From a candidate division WOR-3 bacterium (lineage in GTDB: Bacteria > Hydrothermota > Hydrothermia > JBDRYB01): a stretch of 64,000 nucleotides of DNA. This document shows, one piece after another, positions 19,067-27,989 of this stretch. The notes beneath the pieces were generated by a model. That model searched no databases. It saw only the letters and a list, made by a program, of their open reading frames with translations, and was not told where the DNA came from. The number at the start of each line of letters is the position of its first letter. Position 1 is the stretch's first letter. A program made the position numbers and the translations under genes. Location: assembly GCA_039803205.1 (NCBI GenBank), contig JBDRYB010000001.1, forward strand, positions 203,413-267,412, read 5' to 3'.

Positions 19067-20608
19067 CTACCGGATCGCCAGCTTGCCGGATTGGTTGCGG
19101 GTTACGGGTTGCGGGTTACGGGTTGTCCAGATGTAGACCCCTGGCTCAAGGGGGAGCCGGTTCTCGCCCTCGTGCAATTCGCCGGAATAAGCTAGCCTTC
19201 CATCGGCCTTGTATATCTTTATCCCAATCTCATAAGGGGAGATGAAGAGCGCGGCGCCCGGAACCGGGGAGCAGGTTATCCTGGAGCCCGGAAGGATGTC
19301 TCTCTCTCTGACATAAACCGTTGGGCAAACCTCGGTTATGGCCGGATCTGGGGTGGTTATAGTTGGGTCTGGGGATGATGTCTGAGGGGAGCAGTCCGCG
19401 CCAACTGAGGGTTCGGTTATGGTTGGCGAAACATCGTAGACGGTTGGGGAGCATTCCTGGACACAGCCGGGATAGTTCCCGTCAGAACCCAGCTTGAGGA
19501 CGAGGAAATCATAATCGCCGGCGCCGAAACTCCTTGCCTTTCCCGCGACAGCGTAGCCCCCATCCGCGGTCTGAGCTATGGAGGAGGCCATGTCCCAGTC
19601 TGTTCCGCCAAATGTCCTCGCCCAGGCAAGTGAACCATCCGGGTTCAGCTTGAGGACTAGGAAATCACCATTGCCAGCGCCGAAACTCTCTGTGTATCCC
19701 GCGACAGCGTAGCCCCCATCAGAGGTCTGGGTTATGGAGGAGGCATGGTCCCAGCTCGTTCCCCCAAATGTCCTTGCCCAGGCAAGAGAGCCATCCGGGT
19801 TAAGCTTGAGAACGAGGAAATCATAACCGCCAGTGCCGAAACTCTGTGTGTATCCCGCGACAGCGTAGCCCCCATCAGAGGTCTGAGCTATGGAGGAGGC
19901 TATGTCGTAGTCTGTTCCCCCAAATGTCCTTGCCCAGGCGAGAGAGCCATCCGGGTTAAGCTTGAGAACGAGGAGATCATAACCGCCAGCGCCGAAACTA
20001 TATGTGTATCCCGCGACAGCGTAGCCTCCATCAGAGGTCTGGGTTATGGAATAGGCCCTATCCCAGCTGGTTCCGCCAAATGTCCTTGCCCAGTGGATAG
20101 AGCCATCCGGGTTCAGCTTGAGGACGAGGAAATCATCATCGCCAGCGCCGAAACTATATGTGTGTCCCGCGACAGCGTACCCTCCATCAGAGGTCTGGGT
20201 TATGGAATAGGCCCTATCCCAGCTGGTTCCGCCAAATGTCCTTGCCCAGTGGATAGAGCCATCCGGGTTCAGCTTGAGGACGAGGAGATCAGCATTGCCA
20301 GCGCCGAAACTATATGTGTATCCCGCGACAGCGTAGCCTCCATCAGAGGTCTGGGTCATGGAGTAGGCTCCGTCCTCGCTTGTTCCGCCAAATGTCCTTG
20401 CCCAGACAGGTGAGCCATCCGGGTTCAGCTTGAGAACGAGGAAATCATAATCGCCAGCGCCGAAACTATATGTGTATCCCGCGACAGCGTAGCCTCCATC
20501 AGAGGTCTGGATTATGGAGCGGGCCTCGTCCCAGTTCGTTCCGCCAAAGGCTTTGGCGAAGAGCCACTGACCAACCAAGATGTTTGTGGTTATGAAAGCA
20601 TATATCAT
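19067..20608 (-). CDS. Secreted 7-bladed beta-propeller (paralog C), tandem duplicate of B
   Basis: Same length as B (1542 nt, offset 1593 nt); blade 7 and stalk identical to B at protein level; GGAGG upstream of ATG 20608. Confidence 0.85.
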   Translation of the reverse strand: MIYAFITTNILVGQWLFAKAFGGTNWDEARSIIQTSDGGYAVAGYTYSFGAGDYDFLVLKLNPDGSPVWARTFGGTSEDGAYSMTQTSDGGYAVAGYTYSFGAGNADLLVLKLNPDGSIHWARTFGGTSWDRAYSITQTSDGGYAVAGHTYSFGAGDDDFLVLKLNPDGSIHWARTFGGTSWDRAYSITQTSDGGYAVAGYTYSFGAGGYDLLVLKLNPDGSLAWARTFGGTDYDIASSIAQTSDGGYAVAGYTQSFGTGGYDFLVLKLNPDGSLAWARTFGGTSWDHASSITQTSDGGYAVAGYTESFGAGNGDFLVLKLNPDGSLAWARTFGGTDWDMASSIAQTADGGYAVAGKARSFGAGDYDFLVLKLGSDGNYPGCVQECSPTVYDVSPTITEPSVGADCSPQTSSPDPTITTPDPAITEVCPTVYVRERDILPGSRITCSPVPGAALFISPYEIGIKIYKADGRLAYSGELHEGENRLPLEPGVYIWTTRNPQPVTRNQSGKLAIR

Positions 20609-20668
20609 AACCAAACCCTCCGTTAGGCCTAAATTATAATATAAACCTTTGTCAAGGGGCAAAACAGC

Positions 20669-20771
20669 CTACCGGATGGCCAGCTTGCCGGATTGGTTGC
20701 GGGTTACGGGTTGCGGGTTACGGGTTGTCCAGATGTAGACCCCTGGGTCAAGGGGGAAATGAAAAAAGCGC
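20669..20771 (-). pseudogene. Orphan, internally deleted CTD tail with GGGTTRC heptamers
   Basis: LDPGVYIWTTRNPQPVTRNQSGKLAIR* is joined directly to ALFISP-like sequence at an AAGGGG microhomology. Confidence 0.8.
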
Positions 20772-20953
20772 AGTGTTTCAAAATTCCGGATCACCGGACA
20801 AAGGGATTGTCTGAGTGCCAAGAGCCCCTGAGATGTCTCATCGGTGGGATATAGCAAAAGCCTCTTCGAGGCTGAAGGGCTCAGCCTTGTCCGTTCATAA
20901 TCTCTTCCCTTATCCCGTAAGGGCAAAATCTTAGTGGCCTCGCCGGAGGCACA

Positions 20954-21400
20954 TCAAGGCCCCCCAGCCCTGGTTTTCAAAGGCTTAGGGCCATAAGGGG
21001 TCGGCTTTGGCTCATCCGCCCAGGTTCCCGAACGGTTATGAACCTCAAATATACCCTTGCCCACCATCTGAGCTTTGCCCTTGCCCGTCGCGTCAATCAC
21101 CAGGTCCTTGCCGAGGGCCATAACTATGAAGTCCGAGCCGGAAATGCTGAAAGTGCCTATTCCAGGAACGAATTTCCAGGCTTCATCTCCGTCAGCCACC
21201 TTCTCAGGGACCTGCGCGTCCCCGGCCAGGTCCTTATACCACAGCGAACCCTCGCCGGTTATGGTAAGGGAACCATGACCTCTTATATAGACCAGGCCGT
21301 TGCCCTCCGCGTGAAGGGTTTTCTCGGTCTCGCTCTTTCCTTTTTCGTGTCCTTGGCCGCCGGTCCCAGCAAACAAAAGGCCCGCGATCACTAATTTCAC
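20954..21400 (-). CDS. Hypothetical secreted beta-rich protein
   Basis: GTG start with GGAGGTG RBS, short signal-like N-terminus, Gly-rich beta strands. Confidence 0.65.
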   Translation of the reverse strand: MKLVIAGLLFAGTGGQGHEKGKSETEKTLHAEGNGLVYIRGHGSLTITGEGSLWYKDLAGDAQVPEKVADGDEAWKFVPGIGTFSISGSDFIVMALGKDLVIDATGKGKAQMVGKGIFEVHNRSGTWADEPKPTPYGPKPLKTRAGGP

Positions 21401-21508
21401 GATTCACCTCCTTGAGCACGCAGATTGTAAAGCTACGGCACGATCCCTTTCCACTCAAGGGGAAAGATGGTTGAATCCCATCCCATCGTTCCAGCATAAT
21501 AAAACCCC

Positions 21509-22498
21509 TTGCGAAAGATCGGCGTCATGACCTCTGGAGGCGATTGCCCCGGCCTCAACGCGGCCTTAAGGGCAATAGTCCGAAGGGCAAAAAAGGACCA
21601 CGGCCTTTCGGTTATTGGCTTCATGAGGGCTTGGGAGGGGTTGCTTGAAGGGGATTTCTTTGAGATGGATTTCCAGCATGTCTCGGGCATCCTTCCCCTG
21701 GGCGGCACCATCCTCCACACGACCCGCAAGAACCTCCTTGAAAAGCCCGGCACAATGGAAAGGGTCCTCGCCAGGCTTGACGAAATAGGGCTTGATGGCC
21801 TCATAATCATCGGCGGCGATGGAACCCTGCACTGGGCTTGGCAACTCCACAAGCGTTGGCCCAAAGTGGTTGTCATACCCAAGACCATAGACAACGATGT
21901 CTGGGGAACTCGTTATTCAATAGGTTTTGACACCGCTGTCTCGGTGGCGGTTGAGGCTCTTGACCGTCTTCACACCACGGCTGAATCCCACGATAGGGTC
22001 TTTGTTGTTGATGTGATGGGAAGGGCAACGGGATGGATAGCCATACACGCTGGGATTGCGGGGGGAGCGGATGTGATAGTCATCCCGGAGCATCCCCTCC
22101 GGGAATCCGAGGTCCTCCAAATAGTTGATGAACGCCGAGCAAGGGGAAAATCGTTCTCAATAATCATAGTCGCTGAAGGGGTTCACTATGTCGCCATGAA
22201 GGAGAAGGAGAGCGCTTCAAAATACCTGGCTGGATTGATTGAGTCAGAGCTCGGAATTTCGGCCCGAACCGTCAAGCTGGACTATGTTCTCAGGGGTGGA
22301 ACCCCAACCTCCTACGACCGGCTCCTCGCCACCAGAATGGGATACACAGCGGTTGATTTCCTGGTGGCGGGGAAATTCGGCGTGATGACCTCTTTGAGGG
22401 GAACCCAAATAGCCTCCGTTCCGATACAGCGCGTCGTGGGCAGAATAAACAGGGTTGACGAAGCCCTCTGGGCAATGGCCAGGACATTCTTCGGATGA
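21509..22498 (+). CDS. pfkA: 6-phosphofructokinase (GGDGT + PKTIDND type, probably ATP-dependent)
   Basis: TSGGDCPGLN, GGDGT, PKTIDND, GFDTA, MGR and RGG.P motifs. Confidence 0.95.
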   Translation: MRKIGVMTSGGDCPGLNAALRAIVRRAKKDHGLSVIGFMRAWEGLLEGDFFEMDFQHVSGILPLGGTILHTTRKNLLEKPGTMERVLARLDEIGLDGLIIIGGDGTLHWAWQLHKRWPKVVVIPKTIDNDVWGTRYSIGFDTAVSVAVEALDRLHTTAESHDRVFVVDVMGRATGWIAIHAGIAGGADVIVIPEHPLRESEVLQIVDERRARGKSFSIIIVAEGVHYVAMKEKESASKYLAGLIESELGISARTVKLDYVLRGGTPTSYDRLLATRMGYTAVDFLVAGKFGVMTSLRGTQIASVPIQRVVGRINRVDEALWAMARTFFG

Positions 22499-22506
22499 GG
22501 CTATCC

Positions 22507-23130
22507 CTACATCTCAGGAACCCAAAGGCAATTTCCCAATCTCTTGGCCTTGCCCGTCTTTATGAAGTAAAGCGTGAGGGCCGCGGCAACCGCGTCCAGG
22601 GCATCCGGGTCAAGCTTTTGCCAGATGTCCTTCCCGAGATTAGGGATGTATTCAGCCAAAAGAAGCAAACGCTGGAGCTGACCGCGCTCGGAGAGCTTGT
22701 TGGCGAGAGGGCCGTATGAGCCTGCCCTGGATAACATGACGAAGCTCGCGTGGGGGTAGACCTCGTAGACCTTGTGCTTCCCGCGCGATCCGGTTGCGAA
22801 GCCCTCTGCCTTTGGCTTTCCAGCGAGGCCCAGGAACTCCTTTGCTCTTGCGTAGAGAGCGGGCATGTATCCCCCGCCGGGGGGTAAGCACGGGATCCCC
22901 AGCTCCCAAAGGGCCTTTTCCTCCTCTCGCCACATGCGCCCCTTTCTGGGAAGGTAAATCGGGCAGTCAAGCGCGATCTCGGTTATCTCGGCGTTCTTCA
23001 GTATGCTCGTGAGGTCATTTTTTGTTCCGAAACGGAAAAGCCCAGCCATGGCTATGGCATCATCCCCGACCCTTATCGTGGCAAGAACCCCAGGCCTCTT
23101 TATCGCAATATCCATTCCAGCGCAGATCAT
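22507..23130 (-). CDS. DUF429 family RNase H-fold predicted nuclease
   Basis: AGMDIA, IALDCP, YEVYPHAS and DALDAVAAA motifs. Confidence 0.8.
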   Translation of the reverse strand: MICAGMDIAIKRPGVLATIRVGDDAIAMAGLFRFGTKNDLTSILKNAEITEIALDCPIYLPRKGRMWREEEKALWELGIPCLPPGGGYMPALYARAKEFLGLAGKPKAEGFATGSRGKHKVYEVYPHASFVMLSRAGSYGPLANKLSERGQLQRLLLLAEYIPNLGKDIWQKLDPDALDAVAAALTLYFIKTGKAKRLGNCLWVPEM

Positions 23131-23912
23131 CAGAATATCCTCCTCCCATCCGTGGCTCTGAGGCCTATCTGAAACACAACGGGATCGTCAACAGGCCTGT
23201 ATATACCTGGATCGTGAAGCCTCTCATACTCAAGGAAAAGCATGAGGGTGGCTCCTGCTCCTCTCACGAAAACCCCTGTCTCTGCCCTCGTATCCGCGTA
23301 GGTTGCCCAAGGATACCCGTCCAACTTAACATCAGCGCACAGGTAAGGCCCCCAACCCCAGGATGCCCTCAGCCTTATCCCGGCTTCCCAGGACCATGTC
23401 AGGCCCGTTATCCTTCCGGTCGGGTCATCAAGCCAGAGGACATATTTGTGCGCCCTCGTGTAGAATGGTTTCCGGATGACCCCGGCGTGCACGCTTGAGA
23501 AGATGAGTGTCCTTTCGTCCCTGTCTATGTCGTGCTTGCACCGATGGGTGAAACCCACCTGGGCTATGAAGCCCCGTCCCCCATGAGAGAGAAGGGCGCC
23601 TTCTTCCCAGTATAAAGCGAGGGGCTGAAACCTTATCTTTGACTCAGGGCCAGCAACGAGCTCGTTCGCTCCGTAAATGCAAAGGGTGATGTCCCTCACT
23701 CTGAGGATGTCAAGAAGCCCGCCTATGCGCACAGACCACGCGTATGTCGTATCGGGCAGGTATCCGCCGTAGGATGCCCACGCGCCAATCCCACCAAGGT
23801 ATGTTCCGCTCGTGTCCACAGCGGGATTGAGGATCACGCTCCTTGCGGGAAACGGAACGGAAAGGAGCCCAAGCATGATCCCATTCATCAGAAAATAACC
23901 CCTTTGGCCCAC
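23130..23912 (-). CDS. Hypothetical outer-membrane beta-barrel-like protein (paralog of 23888..24637)
   Basis: Shares FxPLAxxWEEG, HxCKHDxD and FLEYERxHD with its neighbour; true start uncertain. Confidence 0.6.
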   Translation of the reverse strand: MGQRGYFLMNGIMLGLLSVPFPARSVILNPAVDTSGTYLGGIGAWASYGGYLPDTTYAWSVRIGGLLDILRVRDITLCIYGANELVAGPESKIRFQPLALYWEEGALLSHGGRGFIAQVGFTHRCKHDIDRDERTLIFSSVHAGVIRKPFYTRAHKYVLWLDDPTGRITGLTWSWEAGIRLRASWGWGPYLCADVKLDGYPWATYADTRAETGVFVRGAGATLMLFLEYERLHDPGIYRPVDDPVVFQIGLRATDGRRIF

Positions 23913-24637
23913 GATCCAAGCCCTATCCCGAAATGGCCTTTGGCTTTTGGCTTCCCGTAGAGCCCGGAGTCGTGAGCCCGTTCGTATTCAAGAAATCCAG
24001 CAAAACTGGCGCCCTGCCCCCTCGTGAATCCCCCTGTCCTCCCGAGGGCATCAAGGCCGAGGCCGTCTTTATATGCAAACAACACGATGCCCCCGGTCGC
24101 AAAAACCTCCCCTGAGGCCCAGGATGCTCTTGCGCCCAGGCTCCAGAGAAGCCTCCCTTCCCTGGCCTCCGGGTAATCCGTCCTGTAGAGGTATAGGCAC
24201 GCGAACCCCTGAGCGTGCTCGCCCAGGATGCCGCCGAGGAGCCTCGTTCCCACGAGTATCCGTCTCAGGGTGTCAACATCGTGCTTGCACGAATGGAGAA
24301 ACCCTGTTTGCCAGAAGGCGCTTTCTGCGGGCCCTGTTATGAGAATCCCCTCTTCCCAGCGCACCGCAAGGGGGTGGAACGAGATCAACCCTCCTGGTGA
24401 CGAGGAGATTACCTCCGAGGAAGCGACTATTGCCGCGCTCTTGCCGTTTCCTCTGATGAGCTCAAGAAATCCGCCCATCTTGATGCTAAATGAAAGCTCG
24501 CGATCCCACGGATACCAGGAAGCGTTTGCCCATATTCCTGAGGCTCTGAGCCAGCCATCATCAGCCGCGCATGCGAGGGGATTGATCGCTATGCCCCTTG
24601 CAGGGGAGGGCATTGAGAGCATGAAGGCCCAAACCAA
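23888..24637 (-). CDS. Hypothetical outer-membrane beta-barrel-like protein
   Basis: Same motifs as the neighbour; C-terminal Phe; TATAAT 7 nt before the TTG start. Confidence 0.6.
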   Translation of the reverse strand: MVWAFMLSMPSPARGIAINPLACAADDGWLRASGIWANASWYPWDRELSFSIKMGGFLELIRGNGKSAAIVASSEVISSSPGGLISFHPLAVRWEEGILITGPAESAFWQTGFLHSCKHDVDTLRRILVGTRLLGGILGEHAQGFACLYLYRTDYPEAREGRLLWSLGARASWASGEVFATGGIVLFAYKDGLGLDALGRTGGFTRGQGASFAGFLEYERAHDSGLYGKPKAKGHFGIGLGSWAKGVIF

Positions 24638-24716
24638 AGGTGATATTATAAAGTGATCTTGCCTTTGGGTTCTCTATTCTTGCGCCGGAATGCGTTCTGG
24701 CCTTATCCTATTAATA

Positions 24717-26186
24717 GTGAAGATCCTTTGGGTTGATGACGAGATAGATCAGTTCAAGAGCCACCTGCTTTTTCTTGAATCAGAAGGGCTTACCGTCAAG
24801 ACCGCTTCCTCCGCGCATGAGGCGCTTGAGGCTCTGGCCAGGGAGGCCTTCAACCTGATACTTCTGGACTACAGGATGCCAGGGGTTGATGGGCTTACGC
24901 TTTTTAGAGAGATAAAGCGCATGGCCCCACATGTTCCTATAGCCATGGTAACCATGATGTCCGACAAGGATGTAATGGAGACAGCGGTAGCGGCTGAGGC
25001 CTTTGATTTTGTAATAAAACCCGTCCAACCATCCCAGATAGTCGTGATAGCGAAGAAGGTCGCGGCAAGGGAGGTGAAGCAGAAAAAGTTGGGGAAAGAG
25101 CTCGCAGAGGTCTTTAGAACCCTTTCCACCCTCCCGGATACATACCAGGGATGGCTGGCAAAGGCAAGGCTCCTAATGGAGACCAGGTTGGGCCTATCCG
25201 AAGAGGACAGGAAAGCGCTTGATGAGGCCCTCGCATCAGCAAACGAGGAGTTCGCGCGCTGGATTGCCAGGAATTATCCAAGGCTCCTCTCAGAGGGCTA
25301 CAATTTCTCTCACAATATCCTGGAGCGCCACATCTTTCCCACCCTGAAAGAGGGGGGAAAGGCCATCCTCTTTCTCATTGACTGCTTTAGGCTTGATCAG
25401 TTCTCCTACTTTATCCCCACCCTCTCCTCGGATCTGAGGATCGGTATTGTGGATTACATGTCCATACTCCCATCCGCGACCGGATTCTCCAGGAACGCCA
25501 TGTTCGCTGGGGTGCTTCCAAAGGAGATACACGCTAGGCATCCGGGCTGGCTTGACGATAATCAGAACGAGCAGACTCTCCTTTCGGAAAACTTGGCCAG
25601 GTGCGGACTAGGTGGTCTCACCTTCACATACAGGAAGCTCAATACATTTGAGGACCTGAAGCGCCTCATAATTTCTGATAAACCTCTCCAGGTATACATC
25701 ATCAACTTCGTGGACCTAATGTTCCACCTCAGACACGAGCTGGATGTCCTCAAGGCCCTGGGCGAGAGCGTTGATGCGCTCATGCATTGGGGAGACTTCC
25801 TCCTCAAGGAATCCGAGCTCGCGGATAAGGTCAAGGAGGCAGTCGATCAAGGGTTCAAGGCCTTCATAACCTCGGACCACGGATGGGTCATGGCCGAAAG
25901 GCCGTCGCTCATCCACGGAGGAGGGGACCTCACCCCTGGGCTCCGGTATAAGTTCGGAGATTCAATAAGGCTTGTTCAGAACTCCGGGATCATAGTAAAG
26001 GAGCTATCAGATTGGGGGTTGCCCTCAATCCCCGGCGCGCACAGGCTCCTTCTTTCCACTGACTACTCATTCCTGGTCTATTCAACTGACCCGCGCAGAT
26101 ACGAGAAGGTCTATAAGGGAGGGGTTTTCCACGGCGGGATAAGCCTAGAGGAGATGGCCCTGCCCCTGATCAGGGTAGAAAAATGA
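24717..26186 (+). CDS. porX: PorX-type response regulator (receiver + PglZ/alkaline-phosphatase domain)
   Basis: KILWVDDEID receiver; LIDCFRLDQ, SILPSAT..SRNAMFAG, ITSDHG, LRYKFG and FHGGISLEEM PglZ motifs. Confidence 0.85.
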   Translation: MKILWVDDEIDQFKSHLLFLESEGLTVKTASSAHEALEALAREAFNLILLDYRMPGVDGLTLFREIKRMAPHVPIAMVTMMSDKDVMETAVAAEAFDFVIKPVQPSQIVVIAKKVAAREVKQKKLGKELAEVFRTLSTLPDTYQGWLAKARLLMETRLGLSEEDRKALDEALASANEEFARWIARNYPRLLSEGYNFSHNILERHIFPTLKEGGKAILFLIDCFRLDQFSYFIPTLSSDLRIGIVDYMSILPSATGFSRNAMFAGVLPKEIHARHPGWLDDNQNEQTLLSENLARCGLGGLTFTYRKLNTFEDLKRLIISDKPLQVYIINFVDLMFHLRHELDVLKALGESVDALMHWGDFLLKESELADKVKEAVDQGFKAFITSDHGWVMAERPSLIHGGGDLTPGLRYKFGDSIRLVQNSGIIVKELSDWGLPSIPGAHRLLLSTDYSFLVYSTDPRRYEKVYKGGVFHGGISLEEMALPLIRVEK

Positions 26187-26719
26187 GCCTGATTCCGAAC
26201 CACAAGCCGCGACCTGGGAGTTGTGAGAGCAAACGATTGAGCCTGGTGTATGTGGGCCTTGGCTCAAACATGGGCGACAGGTTATCCAATCTAAGGGAGG
26301 GGGTGAAAGCCTTGAGAAAGATGGGAAGCATCCTCGCTGTTTCCTCTGTCTACGAGACAGAGCCCTGGGGCCGAGAGGATCAGAATTGGTTTCTCAACGC
26401 TGTTGTTCTCCTGGAAACGAGCTTGAGCCCCATTGATCTCCTCAGAGCGTTGAAGTCAGCAGAGGCTGGGTTCAAGAGGGAGCCGGGGAAGTGGTCCCCG
26501 CGGGAGCTTGATATGGACATCCTGCTATACGATGGGGAAACCAAGAGCACAGGGGAGCTGGTCATACCCCATCCGGAAATGGGGAACCGCTCCTTTGTTC
26601 TCGTGCCCCTTGCTGAGCTGTTCAACCGAGGGGCGCCCTCTCTCGGATACCCAATAGGAAACATATGCCCTGATGGGAAGGTTGTTAGGCTTTTCTCGGG
26701 GCCGGAGGCGATAACATGA
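26183..26719 (+). CDS. folK: 2-amino-4-hydroxy-6-hydroxymethyldihydropteridine diphosphokinase
   Basis: GLGSNMGDR, SSVYETEPWG, PRELDMDILLY, PHP and FVLVPLAE motifs. Confidence 0.95.
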   Translation: MSLIPNHKPRPGSCESKRLSLVYVGLGSNMGDRLSNLREGVKALRKMGSILAVSSVYETEPWGREDQNWFLNAVVLLETSLSPIDLLRALKSAEAGFKREPGKWSPRELDMDILLYDGETKSTGELVIPHPEMGNRSFVLVPLAELFNRGAPSLGYPIGNICPDGKVVRLFSGPEAIT

Positions 26720-27489
26720 AGATAACCGTTCCGCACATAGTTTCAATGAAGGGCAAGGAGAAAATAGTTGCCCTCACCGCTTATGATTTTACCTTTGCAA
26801 GGCTCCTTGATGAGGCAGGGATTGATGTAATCCTGGTTGGAGACAGTGCGGCCATGACGGTCCACGGGCACCCCAACACCCTTGCCATATCCCTGGATGA
26901 GATGCTCGCGCACACGAGGGCTGTGGCACGAGGCGTCAAGAACGCGCTCCTGGTAGGAGACATGCCATTTGGCTCTTACCAGAGCTCTGCAGAAGAGGGA
27001 ATAAGGTCCGCGATTGCATTCCTCAAGGCAGGGGCTGAGGCCGTCAAGATCGAGGGGGGCAAGGAGATCGCTCCCTTGGTCAGGGAGCTGACGAGAATGG
27101 GGATACCGGTGATGGGGCATGTCGGAATGCTTCCCCAGCGAGTTCACGCATACGGCGGGTTCAAGCTCCAAAAGGACAGGGCGATAATTGAGGATGCCAA
27201 AGCGATATCCGAGGCTGGGGCGTTTTCCTTGGTGCTCGAGAAGATACCCACGGCCCTCGCCAAGGAGATAACCGAGACCGTTCCCGTTCCCACCATAGGC
27301 ATAGGAGCAGGCCCGCATTGCGATGGCCAGGTTCTCGTTCTCTATGACATGCTGGGCCTCAATCCGGAGTTCAGGCCGAGGTTCCTCAAGAGATATGTGG
27401 ATGGATGGGGAATATTGAAAAAGGCAGTGGAGGACTACGCCAAAGAGGTGAGAGAGGGGCTTTATCCGGATGAGGAGCACAGCTTCTAG
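26716..27489 (+). CDS. panB: 3-methyl-2-oxobutanoate hydroxymethyltransferase
   Basis: LTAYD, ILVGDS, DMPFGSY, VKIEGG and IGIGAG..CDGQVLV motifs. Confidence 0.97.
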   Translation: MKITVPHIVSMKGKEKIVALTAYDFTFARLLDEAGIDVILVGDSAAMTVHGHPNTLAISLDEMLAHTRAVARGVKNALLVGDMPFGSYQSSAEEGIRSAIAFLKAGAEAVKIEGGKEIAPLVRELTRMGIPVMGHVGMLPQRVHAYGGFKLQKDRAIIEDAKAISEAGAFSLVLEKIPTALAKEITETVPVPTIGIGAGPHCDGQVLVLYDMLGLNPEFRPRFLKRYVDGWGILKKAVEDYAKEVREGLYPDEEHSF

Positions 27490-27549
27490 TTGAAAAGGGC
27501 CAGGGGCATCCCTTAAGATTTCGGCTCAAACCCATAGGAGGTTTTTGCG

Positions 27550-27912
27550 ATGAAGAAGCTATTGTTTGGCTTTGTGCTCGTAGGTTTCCTGGCGGGGTGC
27601 GCGACCATCGTCATTGACGCGCCGCCCGGCGCCGACAACACGGTATCCTTGACCTCTCAGCCATCCGGAGGCTCCTCGTATCACTTCGTTGCCAAGAAGA
27701 AGGTATGGTATATACTTTGGGGGCTCATCCCAATCACAGACAACCACACCGCTGATCTGGTTGCCGCAAGCGCGCAGGGCAAACCCGTGAGGAATCTCAG
27801 AGCCACGACCACCTACACCTTCGTTGACTGGCTTCTATCAGTGGTTCTAAACATCATACCCACCACAATCCAAGTGAAATCGGTTATAGTTGAGGGCGAT
27901 GTGGTGAAGTAA
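27550..27912 (+). CDS. Bor/Iss-like lipoprotein
   Basis: Lipobox FLAGC; WYILWGLIP motif. Confidence 0.7.
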   Translation: MKKLLFGFVLVGFLAGCATIVIDAPPGADNTVSLTSQPSGGSSYHFVAKKKVWYILWGLIPITDNHTADLVAASAQGKPVRNLRATTTYTFVDWLLSVVLNIIPTTIQVKSVIVEGDVVK

Positions 27913-27989
27913 TCCCTGAGCTATTCGAAACACATTTGTTTTCGGCAAAGGCCAGGCGCGATGGCCTGGTTCTGGATTATAATTTCCAC

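Noticed and set aside
17474..20608. Diversity-generating retroelement as the source of loop variation
   Set aside because: No reverse transcriptase or non-coding template repeat in the window. Variable codons differ at third positions (TGG/TAT/GAT, GAG/CTC) and recur as blocks, which fits recombination better than adenine-specific mutagenesis. A trans-acting DGR elsewhere cannot be excluded.
20669..20926. 85-aa ORF as a real gene
   Set aside because: A chance fusion of intergenic sequence to the orphan CTD tail; no signal peptide or convincing RBS.
20780..20950. Known riboswitch (e.g. c-di-GMP-I) in the intergenic region
   Set aside because: Only isolated GCAAA words; the consensus stems and GNRA/receptor could not be matched by eye.
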